Assembly (NCBI GenBank): GCA_045594425.1
Contig: JAZNYK010000013.1
Coordinates: 119,244 to 143,243, forward strand
Length of the DNA: 24,000 bases
Source: Clostridia bacterium
Lineage (GTDB): Bacteria > Bacillota > Clostridia > Christensenellales > UBA1242
Direction: 5' to 3'
The notes below the pieces were generated by a model. That model ran no database searches. It had not been told where the DNA came from and saw only the letters and a list, made by a program, of their open reading frames with translations. A program made the translations under genes and the position numbers. This document shows, piece by piece, positions 1 to 8,486 of this stretch; position 1 is the first letter of the stretch; the number at the start of each line of letters is the position of its first letter.

Positions 1-491
1 TCATGTTCGTCATGCTTTTCTTCAATTTGACTAACAATATGATTTTCTGAAACTGATTGATTTGCTAGTGGGGTTTGAATTTTGTTGAAGAATTTTTTAT
101 AGCAAAACATTGCAAGGTATCCAATTGCAAGTGCCATAACAATTTTTGTTGCAATTAAAAGCAAAAGGGCAGGGATTGTTTTATAGTCTGCAAGCATAAG
201 TGGAATGGCTTCGTCACTGGTTGCAATATAAACTGCAATAAGTGCACCAACTGAAATTTTTTGTTCTGCATAAAGTTCAGATGAAACAACCGAAAATCCA
301 CATTGTGGAATAGAACCAACCAAAGCACCCATAACAGGACTGGCTTTTCCTTTTAATAGTTTTGAATTTTGATATTTAAAAACGTGCTTATATTCAAGAT
401 ACTCAATTACAAGATAAACAAGCAGCAAAAGTGGAAGCATTTTTGCTGTGTCTAATAGTGAATGTTTAAGCACATGAAGAAATTCTTCCAT
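1..491 (-). CDS. Partial CDS (N-terminal part; runs off the window edge): polytopic membrane protein resembling the ArsP_2 / putative 10-TM heavy-metal exporter family
   Basis: Reverse-strand ATG at 491 preceded by AAAGGAG. Translation MEEFLHVLKHSLLDTAKMLPLLLLVYLVIEYLEYKH...GSIPQCGFSVVSSELYAEQKISVGALIAVYIATSDEAIPLMLA contains the IPQCGFS and TSDEA blocks I associate with that family. Not in the ORF track because it is truncated. Confidence 0.6.
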   Translation of the reverse strand, partial: MEEFLHVLKHSLLDTAKMLPLLLLVYLVIEYLEYKHVFKYQNSKLLKGKASPVMGALVGSIPQCGFSVVSSELYAEQKISVGALIAVYIATSDEAIPLMLADYKTIPALLLLIATKIVMALAIGYLAMFCYKKFFNKIQTPLANQSVSENHIVSQIEEKHDEH

Positions 492-522
492 GGTTTGCTC
501 CTTTGATAAATTACATTTGCAT

Positions 523-551
523 ATTATATATGCAGAAGGTTTTTTTGTCAA
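523..551 (-). promoter_or_regulatory. Sigma-A-type promoter for the truncated permease gene
   Basis: On the minus strand: TTGACA (551..546), 17-nt spacer, TATAAT (528..523), about 30 nt upstream of the SD/ATG. Confidence 0.6.
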
Positions 552-772
552 GAAAATCTGTTTAAAACGGTGGTTTAAGGTTTCTGTTTTTGAAGTGAAA
601 CCAACTATTCAAAAAACTGCAAAACAATAATAAAAATATATGAAATAATATGTTATTTTGCAAAATTTTCAATAAAAATTACAATTTTATACAATTTTGA
701 CAATCTCAAGGCTGGTTTTAAAATTTAAATTTAAAATGTAAATTTTGCTATTATTATTCTGATTTTTTACAT

Positions 773-1660
773 TTAAGGCAATTCGTTTAGTATCTCAGTT
801 GTTTTTTCATGACATTTGTCAAATTCAGTTTGATTGAAATTTTTTATTTTGTTTTTTGACTTTTTAGGCTTGCCCCAAATGTTAAAAATGCGTGGTCCAA
901 TCCATTCATTTTGCTTTGTTTCAAAAAACAATCCTGCAACTTCGTTTAGACATGCTTTTTTTGCACTTGGAAACACAAGTTTCAAAAGTGGCGAAAATAT
1001 TTTGAAACTAGAATTTGAAAATAAAGCGGTTGGGCTAACACCCGGATGAACAATGTTCACATGGACATCCTTGCTTTCTTCTTTAAGTTTCATGGCTGCG
1101 TAAGTTAAAAGTCTTTTTGAATTTGCATAAGCATCAATATCTTTTTTATTGTTTTTAAATTCAAAGTCTTCAAAGTTGATTCTTGTAAAATTTTTACTAA
1201 TACTGCTCAAGAAAATAATTTTTGAATTTTGCTTCATTTCAAGAAGAGGCAAAAGGGTTTTGCTTAAATATATTGGTGCAACAAAGTTTGTGAAATAGTG
1301 ACGTTCATGACCATTTTGCAAAAGTTCTTTTGAGTTTGAAAAAACACCAGCGTTGTTAATCAAAGCGTCAATTCCAAATGAACACAAAAAGTTAACTCTG
1401 TTTGCAAAATCTTTAATCGACCTTGCATCAGATAAATCAACTTTTAAAATTGTGATTTCTGCCGTTGGATATTTTTTTAAAATCTCACGCTTTTGTTCTT
1501 CTGCACGAACTGTGTTTCTCACACCAACAATCACACTTGCTTCAAGTTTTGCAAGAAGTTTTAAGGTTTCTAAACCAAGCCCATTTGTTGTTCCTGTGAT
1601 AACGATGTTTTTATGTTTTAGGCTGGTGGTGTTTTTGGCTAGCCAACTTTTTAAAGACAT
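773..1660 (-). CDS. Short-chain dehydrogenase/reductase (SDR) family oxidoreductase
   Basis: N-terminal ITGTTNGLGLET (TGxxxGxG Rossmann motif), NNAG, and catalytic YANSK (YxxxK). SD AAGGA lies 7 nt upstream of the ATG. Confidence 0.8.
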   Translation of the reverse strand: MSLKSWLAKNTTSLKHKNIVITGTTNGLGLETLKLLAKLEASVIVGVRNTVRAEEQKREILKKYPTAEITILKVDLSDARSIKDFANRVNFLCSFGIDALINNAGVFSNSKELLQNGHERHYFTNFVAPIYLSKTLLPLLEMKQNSKIIFLSSISKNFTRINFEDFEFKNNKKDIDAYANSKRLLTYAAMKLKEESKDVHVNIVHPGVSPTALFSNSSFKIFSPLLKLVFPSAKKACLNEVAGLFFETKQNEWIGPRIFNIWGKPKKSKNKIKNFNQTEFDKCHEKTTEILNELP

Positions 1661-1716
1661 ATTTTTATCCTTTTTTTCATTATTTTTTAATATTTTTTTC
1701 GCATATTTTGCAGTTT

Positions 1717-2271
1717 TTATTTGTTATTTTTTAGCCAGAGTTCATACTTTGCAATCATTCGTTTAATTGAAATGTCTTCTGGATTAACTAGTTTTTTTGC
1801 TTGTTTTATGCTAACCCATTTGATATCAGAAGATTCTTCTGAAATTTTAAACTCATTGGTTTTTGTGATAAACAAAAAGTTGATGTCATAGTGTGTGTGC
1901 TGTGGTTCATCTTTTTCAGGGCGAGCATCAACAACGTTGTTTGCTATGTCTAAAATATCATCACTTTGAGATAAAAAGTCACGGATACCGCTTTCTTCAA
2001 AAACCTCTCTTTTTGCAACTTCAAAAGAATTTGAACTGCCATCTGAGTGACCGCCAAATTGAAACCACATATTGGTGATTTTGTGATGGTTTAAAAGAAT
2101 GTTTCCGTTTGCATCACAAACAAGTGCACCGGCGGTGATGTGACCATTTTTGTTGCTGCGGTCATAGCAGTTTGTGTTTTGTTTTAAAAATTCAATTGTT
2201 GCAAGTCTTGATTGTTCTTCGTTTTCGTCAAAAGACTTATAGTTTTCTAACTTTTTTAACAAATCAAACAT
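1717..2271 (-). CDS. NUDIX hydrolase
   Basis: Nudix box GGHSDGSSNSFEVAKREVFEESGI (Gx5Ex7REUxEExGU). Start moved to the internal ATG at 2271 (MFDLLKK), which has AGGAG 9 nt upstream; the ORF-track start at 2292 overlaps that SD. Confidence 0.8.
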   Translation of the reverse strand: MFDLLKKLENYKSFDENEEQSRLATIEFLKQNTNCYDRSNKNGHITAGALVCDANGNILLNHHKITNMWFQFGGHSDGSSNSFEVAKREVFEESGIRDFLSQSDDILDIANNVVDARPEKDEPQHTHYDINFLFITKTNEFKISEESSDIKWVSIKQAKKLVNPEDISIKRMIAKYELWLKNNK

Positions 2272-2364
2272 GATTTTTTCTCCTAAATACAATATACCAT
2301 AAAAAATTTTATTCTCATAACAATAAATTTAATAAAAAAATATATTTTTTTTAGAAAAAGGGTA

Positions 2365-2393
2365 TTGAACTAGTAAAAAAATTATGTTATATT
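2365..2393 (+). promoter_or_regulatory. Extended -10 promoter directly abutting the first paralog
   Basis: TTGAAC (2365..2370), 17-nt spacer ending in TGt, TATATT (2388..2393). Only 9 nt separate the -10 from the ATG at 2403. Confidence 0.5.
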
Positions 2394-2402
2394 ATTATTA
2401 CT

Positions 2403-3401
2403 ATGATGAAAAATGTGTTGCAGTGGTATGAAGGTGTTTGTGACAGTTGGAAACAAAATGAATCACATTTTGAATCCGACACACTTGCCATGAGCAAAAT
2501 TTCGGAAGCAAATCGCAGTTATGTGACACTTGGAAACACAAGATATTTTGTTAAAACTCCACATAGCAGAAGGTTTAAATTTGGTTGTGTTAGATTGGGA
2601 AGTGCTTGCAGAGATAACTTTTTATCAACAACAAGCGAACTGGTTTCACAAAAGAAATTTAAAGAGTTAGATTTTTTCACGGCACAATATAAACCAATCA
2701 TGCGTTCAGCATTAAAAAGTGCAGTCAAAAAAAACGAACAAGGTCTTTCAGAGTCATTTGTTCTTGTTTCACCAATTTTGATATCAAATCAAAATATGCA
2801 CACAGCAACTATTCATGCATTGCAAGAGCAGGAACATTTGCTGTTTCCAGACACTCAAATGGATAGCATTATGTTTAGTGATTTGGAAACCGCTCTTGAA
2901 AATAAAGACTATTTTTTGCAGTTTATGACAGAAAATTGTTATGACGAATACATAGAATACATTTTGGCGTCAATTTTTGACTTTACAGACGATGACCATC
3001 TTGGCAACATAATTTTATGGCACCCAAAAGATAGTCATCGATTTGAACACCTTTTAGTGCACGATAAAGAGTCTACTGCATTCAACCCAATGGTTGCAGA
3101 AGGTTATTCTTATAAGGATGTAAAAAAAGGAATTTGGGAATTTTCACATTACAACGGAGTTCCAATCAAGCACAAAGATGAAAATTCAGCGGATAGGGTT
3201 ATGGAAGTTACCAGGCTTATTGCAAGCGGAAAACTCCAAAAAAAATACTGTGAATTTTTGAGCAGGATTGCTTGTCTTGACTATCAAAAATTTGCAAATG
3301 AAGTTTGCACAGAAACGGGGCTTGTTCCTAGTCAAAAACAAATTGATGTGTATCAGTTTGGTGCAGAATGCGCAGGTGAAATTGTTATAAGAGAAATGTA
3401 A
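2403..3401 (+). CDS. Hypothetical protein, paralog A; possible HipA_C-like/protein-kinase-like fold
   Basis: 332-aa ORF colinear with the next ORF. Shared blocks: WYE at the N-terminus, K..HSR, SEL[VI]SQKK, FLTAQ/FFTAQ, MTE.C[YF]D.YI.Y.LAS.F.F[TS]DD.H..NII, F.DKEST.FNP, IA.GKL.KKY.FL. D-x-H-x-x-N at 2991..3008 and a conserved Asp at 3063..3065. No SD upstream. Confidence 0.7.
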   Translation: MMKNVLQWYEGVCDSWKQNESHFESDTLAMSKISEANRSYVTLGNTRYFVKTPHSRRFKFGCVRLGSACRDNFLSTTSELVSQKKFKELDFFTAQYKPIMRSALKSAVKKNEQGLSESFVLVSPILISNQNMHTATIHALQEQEHLLFPDTQMDSIMFSDLETALENKDYFLQFMTENCYDEYIEYILASIFDFTDDDHLGNIILWHPKDSHRFEHLLVHDKESTAFNPMVAEGYSYKDVKKGIWEFSHYNGVPIKHKDENSADRVMEVTRLIASGKLQKKYCEFLSRIACLDYQKFANEVCTETGLVPSQKQIDVYQFGAECAGEIVIREM

Positions 3402-3420
3402 ATAAAAAGGGGGAAGACTT

Positions 3421-4398
3421 ATGGTAAAAGATTTTTTTAAATGGTATGAACAAAGAATTAGCGAGACCACAGTTGACCCCATTTACATTTGGAAACATGG
3501 CATGAAAGAGGCTGACCAATATCGCAGAAATGGTGGAACCATTAATATGGGCGATGATGAAACCAAATATATTTTTAAAATGAGCCACAGCAGGTATTAC
3601 AAAAACCATCGCAAAGAGTTTGCTGCACTTCCTGTAACTGCAAGAATGGCCGACAACAGATTAAGCCTTGGAAGCGAACTTATTTCACAAAAGAAATATG
3701 AAGATTTTGAGTTTTTGACAGCACAACATCATTTGGTTCAATATCATCATGAATATTATGTTATTTCACCAAACTTGCTTCAAGGTTATGTTGATTATCA
3801 AACAGCATATCAAATTAGCCAAGACGGTTATGGTGATATGCCTTTGCATAGCAAGGTTTTAAGAAAATCATCAAGACTTTCATTAAAACAAGTTTTGAAG
3901 AAAAAGAAACAATTTTTGTCTATCATGACAGAAGAATGTTTTGACCAATATATCAAATATTTGCTTGCATCGGTGTTTGAGTTTTCAGATGACGAACATT
4001 CAAACAACATCATATTTGTTCGTAATCACAAAAGTGATAAATTTGAAGCACTTTTTGTGTTTGATAAAGAATCAACTGTGTTTAATCCACTTATTGCAAA
4101 GGGTAACAAATGGGGTGAAGTAAAATATCAATCAGTTATTTATGACCACTATGTTGGAAAGTTTATTGCGTTTCCTGGAGAAAGCATTATTGAACGCACC
4201 AGAGAAATAGGCGAACTTATTGCAAAAGGCAAGTTAGAAAAAAAGTATGTTGATTTTTTAAATGCAATTGCAAACTATGACTATTGTGAAACTGCAAAGC
4301 GTGTGTATCACGAAACAGGCAAGCGTGTTAACCAAATGCAAATTGATATGTATAGAGTTGGTTCTGAATATGCCGCTCAAGCACTTGAAATGCAATAA
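3421..4398 (+). CDS. Hypothetical protein, paralog B of the preceding gene
   Basis: 325-aa ORF starting 19 nt after paralog A, with SD AAAGGGGGAAG upstream. It has the same conserved blocks. D-x-H-x-x-N at 3991..4008 and Asp at 4063..4065, with the same 19-residue N-to-D spacing as in A. Confidence 0.7.
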   Translation: MVKDFFKWYEQRISETTVDPIYIWKHGMKEADQYRRNGGTINMGDDETKYIFKMSHSRYYKNHRKEFAALPVTARMADNRLSLGSELISQKKYEDFEFLTAQHHLVQYHHEYYVISPNLLQGYVDYQTAYQISQDGYGDMPLHSKVLRKSSRLSLKQVLKKKKQFLSIMTEECFDQYIKYLLASVFEFSDDEHSNNIIFVRNHKSDKFEALFVFDKESTVFNPLIAKGNKWGEVKYQSVIYDHYVGKFIAFPGESIIERTREIGELIAKGKLEKKYVDFLNAIANYDYCETAKRVYHETGKRVNQMQIDMYRVGSEYAAQALEMQ

Positions 4399-4430
4399 AA
4401 AAAGAAGGTTTTATTACCTTCTTTTTCTTT
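4397..4430. terminator. Bidirectional intrinsic terminator between convergent genes
   Basis: A-run, then AAGAAGGT tttatt ACCTTCTT hairpin, then T-run. It overlaps the last codons of the minus-strand acyltransferase gene. Confidence 0.7.
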
Positions 4431-5202
4431 TGAGTTTTGGTGCTTTTTTGTAAGCAACTGAACATTCGTTTTTAACATAAGAATCAATCATTGAATCATA
4501 TAAATATTCAACAATTTTTTGTTTTTCATCGTTGGTGTCATTTTCAGGATTAAATGTGATTGGTTTTTCAATGTAAATAGTTTTGTTTTGTTTTGAAATA
4601 AACACTGGATAAAAACTTATGCATTTGCCAGTTTTTTGATGATAATATTTTGCAAGATGTTCAAACCCTGTTTGAAATTTTCCAACACCAGAGGTCACAT
4701 AAGATTCTTCTGGAAAAATCAAAACATTTTTGCCTTTGTTTAAAAGGGCGGTTGATTCTTGAAGGGTTTTTATGTTTGCTCTTGGGTTTTCTCTTGAAAC
4801 CGAAATTGCTTTTGCGTGTTTCATGGTGAAAACCATTAAATTTCGAAGTGCTTTAACAGCAAGTTTTTTGAACCACATTGGAAATTTTGGGAAGTTATTA
4901 TAAACCCCAGTGCTCATTTGTTCTTCAACTGATTCAGGTGTCATTATTCTGTCGATAACCCATGGTCTGAAATTGTATGGAAATCTTAAATACATAATAA
5001 CAGGTCCATAAACTTCATAGTGATTGGTCACAAAAACTTTGATGTCGTTTTTTCTAACATTTCCTTTGCCCTTTGTTTTTGCCGGCATAAGAGGTTTTAC
5101 AATTATGTATAGCCCCAAGAATTGTAGATACAAAGAAAACTGTTTCAAGCCATGACCAATGGCACCAAAAAATCTCGCAAAAATATTCTTTCTTTTGTCC
5201 AT
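4414..5202 (-). CDS. Lysophospholipid/glycerolipid acyltransferase-like protein (PlsC/LPLAT superfamily), atypical
   Basis: VTNHYEVYGP occupies the HX4D position, and LIFPEESYV resembles the FPEGTR block. N-terminal hydrophobic segment. SD AAGGGA 4 nt upstream of the ATG. The Asp of HX4D is not present (H-Y-E-V-Y-G). Confidence 0.45.
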   Translation of the reverse strand: MDKRKNIFARFFGAIGHGLKQFSLYLQFLGLYIIVKPLMPAKTKGKGNVRKNDIKVFVTNHYEVYGPVIMYLRFPYNFRPWVIDRIMTPESVEEQMSTGVYNNFPKFPMWFKKLAVKALRNLMVFTMKHAKAISVSRENPRANIKTLQESTALLNKGKNVLIFPEESYVTSGVGKFQTGFEHLAKYYHQKTGKCISFYPVFISKQNKTIYIEKPITFNPENDTNDEKQKIVEYLYDSMIDSYVKNECSVAYKKAPKLKRKRR

Positions 5203-5270
5203 AATATCCCTTAAAAAATAGTCTTCTTATATGATAATGCTTAAACCTTGATTTGTCTAGTTATTTTTTT

Positions 5271-5302
5271 GCAAAATAAAAACAGGTGATATTTTCACCT
5301 GT
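5271..5302 (-). terminator. Intrinsic terminator of the surface-protein gene
   Basis: Minus strand: ACAGGTGA aaat aTCACCTGT hairpin followed by TTTTTATTTT. Confidence 0.75.
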
Positions 5303-5311
5303 TTTTTGATT

Positions 5312-8300
5312 TTAATTAAATTTTGGAGTGTCATTTTCATCGTCTGATTCAATGGCTTGAGAATCTTCTTCAACTTCCAAATCTGCAAGACCTTCATTCT
5401 TTAAAAGTTCATCAACCTTGCTTGCAATTGCTGCATCTTCACTATTGTCTTTCATAGATTCAATTGTGTTTCTTGTGTCGTAGATAGAATGTTTCTTTTC
5501 GTCTAATGGAACAATTCTATGAAGTTTTACAAGTTCGTAGACAAGCAAGATAAATCCAAATAAAGCAAGTGAACCAAAAACTAAAAGCAAAACAAATTGG
5601 TTTGTTGTAACAATTCCAAATGGAAGTGCAATTGCAAGTGTTATGGTATCAGTCTTTTTGATTTTTTGCATTTTCTTAACAATAACAATAACAACAATTT
5701 CTGCAATGATTAAAACAATAAGTAAAACAATTAACCATGTTAAGTTGAGTGTTTTGTTAATGATTTCAAATCCATCTTCAACAACCATCAAATATTCAGC
5801 GTAATTATCGTCTTCTGCACGGAAGATTCTAATATCATACTTTCCAATTTCAGTTGGAAGAAGGTGTGTCCATTCGCCATTTACAAGGTATTCAACATAA
5901 AAACCACTAATATCACTATCAACAACATATCCTTGTCTTGTGTCAATCACGGTTGATTTTGCTGGGTGCTCAATCATGATAACTTCTTTTTCTTCCCATT
6001 TAGCGTAAACAGAAATGTTTTCTGCTGGCATGGTTCCAAAAGTGTATGCTGTTGTGCAATCTTGGTCTTGATACCATCCTTCAAAAGAGTAACCTTTTTT
6101 GGTTGGTTGTGTAGGGAAGGCTACGGTTTCACCGTAGTTATATGTTTCTTCAATTGTTGATGGGGCAGTGTTTGTTACAAAAGTTATTTTGTATTGTTTG
6201 ATAACCCATTTAGCAAATGCCATTGAGTTATAGTCTGGCATGGTGCTAAACACAAATGCGTATTGATAGTCAGAAGATGTATACCAACCATCAAATTCAT
6301 AACCTTCAGCGGTTGGGTTTGCTGGTTTTTCAACAGTTTCACCATAAAGTTTTGCAATTGTGCTAATGGCTGAAGATTGTAATTTTGTATCACGTTTTGG
6401 GTTTACATCAAAGTAGATGTAATATTCTTCAAGGCTCCACACTGCATGGAGTGTGATGTCACTTGCAGGAATGGTTGTTCCAGCATAAAGTTCAGAAGAG
6501 TTTTCAGTGAGAGTCCAACCGTCAAGTTTGTGACCCTTTTTAAAGATTTGTGCATTTGTTGGAAATTCAATTTCCGTTCCAAATTGAGCAGTTTGTGAAC
6601 CAGCAGGTGTGCCTTCATGAATAAATGTGATGGTGTATGTGTTGATGTTCCATTTTGCATAGAGAGTGATACTTGTGTCGGTCATTGTTGAGAATGTGTA
6701 TGGAAGCATCAAGGTTGTATCTTTGAACCAACCACCAAATGAATAGCCTTCTTTTGTTGGGTCGGTTGGTTTTGTAATGGTTGTTCCATAAGGCTCTGAA
6801 ATTGTGCTTACAGCAGAACCACCATTTGAATTAAATGAGATTGAGTATAAAATATCTTCCCACAAAGCAACAAACTGCATATCAGTTCCAAGTTGCAATG
6901 CAAGGTCAAAATAATAATTGTTTGTGTTTGTTTTTGTTACATCATAAATATAACCAGTGAATGCTGTTAAGTTGTCAAATGTGTCAGTTGAGGTTTTAAA
7001 ACATTCTTCAATTGTGCTTGTGTCAAAGCCGTTTGCTTTAAATCTTGCAAGAGCAACTGTGTCATAATAATAAACGTTTGAACTTAAGCCATAATGAGTT
7101 TTTTGTTCATCTGAAAATTCGAGTTTTCCGAACCAACCAACAAATGTTGAATGATTTTTTGAAATATTTGTTGATGTTGGGAAGTCAATTTGTTCAGCGG
7201 TTGTGTAGTTATAGTTTGGAACAGTGTATCCATCAGCATATTCACCGCCATTTGCGATTAGTTCAATGTTAAGAATTGAGTATACCCAATATTCTTTGTT
7301 CATGATAAATTGATTGATGTGATAGAATGTGTCATTTTCTTTAAAAATGAACTTGCTGTGGTTACTGTTATTAAAGTTTGTAAGCAAACAAACGTTGTCG
7401 TATGTGTAGTCAATGCTTGCATAAATTGGATTTGCAACATCGTTTTTGAGCATTGTGCTTAAATCAATTGTTAATGATGGGTCATATTCAAACAAGAATG
7501 TTGAAGTGTGAGAGTTGGTTTCTAAAAGTTTAATGCTGTGGCTGGCATTTGTTGTAAAATTGATTGCATAACTATTAGAAACTGATGTGTTTAAATGTGC
7601 GTTTTCTAAAATTAGGTTTGCAGAATTGTCTGTGTTACTCAAGTCAACAATCACGTCAGCATTTGAAGAAATGGTTATGTTTAAGAAGTGATATGTTGAG
7701 TTGTTTGCTGAAGGGGTTAAACTTAAAACAGGAAGGTCACTTGTTGATGTGATTGAACCAGAAAGTGCAATGTTGTTAAAATCAAGTGAAATTGTTTCTT
7801 CTTCAATAAGTGTGATATTGTTAAAGTTGATTGATACTGTTGTTGGGTTGTAGATGTCTGACTTGATTGCATCAATGGCATCTTGCAAAGAAGTGATTTC
7901 GTCAATAAGTTCATAATTTAAATCATCTTCATTTGTTTGACCAATAACGCTTAACTTTGAATCGTTTTCATATGTTGAAATTGTGTAAGTGTTTGTTTTT
8001 GTTGCCCAACGTGCAGAAAGGGTTGTGATTGATTCAAAAACTTTAGTTGAAAAATCAACAGGCTCTGTTCCAGCAACTTCAAACCATCCAATAAAAACAA
8101 AGTCTTCATGTGTTGGTGTTGGAATTAGTGCAACATCAAGTTTGCCATCATCACCAGTTGTTAACTGATAATTGTCAGTGCTTCCGTTAATTTTTCCGCC
8201 AGTTGCATTAAATGTGACATTTACTGCTGCAGCGCTTGCAGTTGTGTTTGTGTTAGGTGCAAAAAAGTTTACACCTGCAACCATTAGCACGGCTAACATG

Positions 8301-8332
8301 ATTCCACATAAAAATTTTGATATCTTCTTCAT
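5312..8332 (-). CDS. Large secreted/surface protein with Listeria-Bacteroides (InlB B-repeat/Flg_new type) repeats, a beta-helix-like central region and a C-terminal multi-TM anchor
   Basis: Signal peptide MKKISKFLCGIMLAVLMVAGVNFF..ASA. At least 6 repeats of the type G[YH].[FL].GW[FY]....(Y.F).TM......YAKW. An N/S/T-rich repetitive middle region (NITISSNADVIVDLSNTDNSANLILENAHLNTS). Hydrophobic C-terminal segments (LTWLIVLLIVLIIAEIVVIVIV, LAIALPFGIV..LLLVFGSLALFGFILLVYELV) followed by an acidic tail. Start set to ATG 8332 (GGGGG SD 5 nt upstream); the GTG at 8344 lies inside that SD. Confidence 0.8.
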   Translation of the reverse strand: MKKISKFLCGIMLAVLMVAGVNFFAPNTNTTASAAAVNVTFNATGGKINGSTDNYQLTTGDDGKLDVALIPTPTHEDFVFIGWFEVAGTEPVDFSTKVFESITTLSARWATKTNTYTISTYENDSKLSVIGQTNEDDLNYELIDEITSLQDAIDAIKSDIYNPTTVSINFNNITLIEEETISLDFNNIALSGSITSTSDLPVLSLTPSANNSTYHFLNITISSNADVIVDLSNTDNSANLILENAHLNTSVSNSYAINFTTNASHSIKLLETNSHTSTFLFEYDPSLTIDLSTMLKNDVANPIYASIDYTYDNVCLLTNFNNSNHSKFIFKENDTFYHINQFIMNKEYWVYSILNIELIANGGEYADGYTVPNYNYTTAEQIDFPTSTNISKNHSTFVGWFGKLEFSDEQKTHYGLSSNVYYYDTVALARFKANGFDTSTIEECFKTSTDTFDNLTAFTGYIYDVTKTNTNNYYFDLALQLGTDMQFVALWEDILYSISFNSNGGSAVSTISEPYGTTITKPTDPTKEGYSFGGWFKDTTLMLPYTFSTMTDTSITLYAKWNINTYTITFIHEGTPAGSQTAQFGTEIEFPTNAQIFKKGHKLDGWTLTENSSELYAGTTIPASDITLHAVWSLEEYYIYFDVNPKRDTKLQSSAISTIAKLYGETVEKPANPTAEGYEFDGWYTSSDYQYAFVFSTMPDYNSMAFAKWVIKQYKITFVTNTAPSTIEETYNYGETVAFPTQPTKKGYSFEGWYQDQDCTTAYTFGTMPAENISVYAKWEEKEVIMIEHPAKSTVIDTRQGYVVDSDISGFYVEYLVNGEWTHLLPTEIGKYDIRIFRAEDDNYAEYLMVVEDGFEIINKTLNLTWLIVLLIVLIIAEIVVIVIVKKMQKIKKTDTITLAIALPFGIVTTNQFVLLLVFGSLALFGFILLVYELVKLHRIVPLDEKKHSIYDTRNTIESMKDNSEDAAIASKVDELLKNEGLADLEVEEDSQAIESDDENDTPKFN

Positions 8333-8371
8333 AAAAACCCCCACTTTCAGAGATAAAAATACTATAGTTTA

Positions 8372-8400
8372 ATAGTAAATATTTTTACTAAAATTGTAAA
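8372..8400 (-). promoter_or_regulatory. Candidate promoter for the surface-protein gene
   Basis: Minus strand: TTTACA (8400..8395), 17-nt spacer, TACTAT (8377..8372). Confidence 0.35.
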
Positions 8401-8451
8401 CCAAATTGCACCAAAATATACAAAATATGTGAGAATAAATGACAAAAAATT

Positions 8452-8481
8452 CAAAAAATAAAAGCACTTATTGAAGTGCTT
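8452..8481 (-). terminator. Intrinsic terminator after transketolase
   Basis: Minus strand: AAGCACTT caat AAGTGCTT hairpin followed by TTTATTTTTTG, immediately downstream of the stop at 8487. Confidence 0.75.
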
Positions 8482-8486
8482 TTTTA

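Noticed and set aside
579-602. GGTTTC ... GAAACC hairpin between the SDR gene and the permease promoter
   Set aside because: It has a 6-bp stem with a 12-nt loop and no T-run on either strand, so it is not convincing as a terminator or regulatory element.
697-724. Plus-strand TTGACA, 16-nt spacer, TAAAAT promoter-like site pointing antisense into the 3' end of the SDR gene
   Set aside because: No plus-strand ORF or structured element follows, only the shadow ORF 834..1049. In DNA this AT-rich, a -10-like hexamer is expected by chance. It is kept only as a possible antisense promoter to check in TSS data.
1353-1766. Antisense and shadow ORFs inside real genes (e.g. 1353..1766, 2519..2728, 3186..3609, 9473..9877, 15367..15975, 21374..21673)
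   Set aside because: Each lies on the opposite strand or in another frame of a gene with strong homology or motif support. They have biased, low-complexity translations and no SD.
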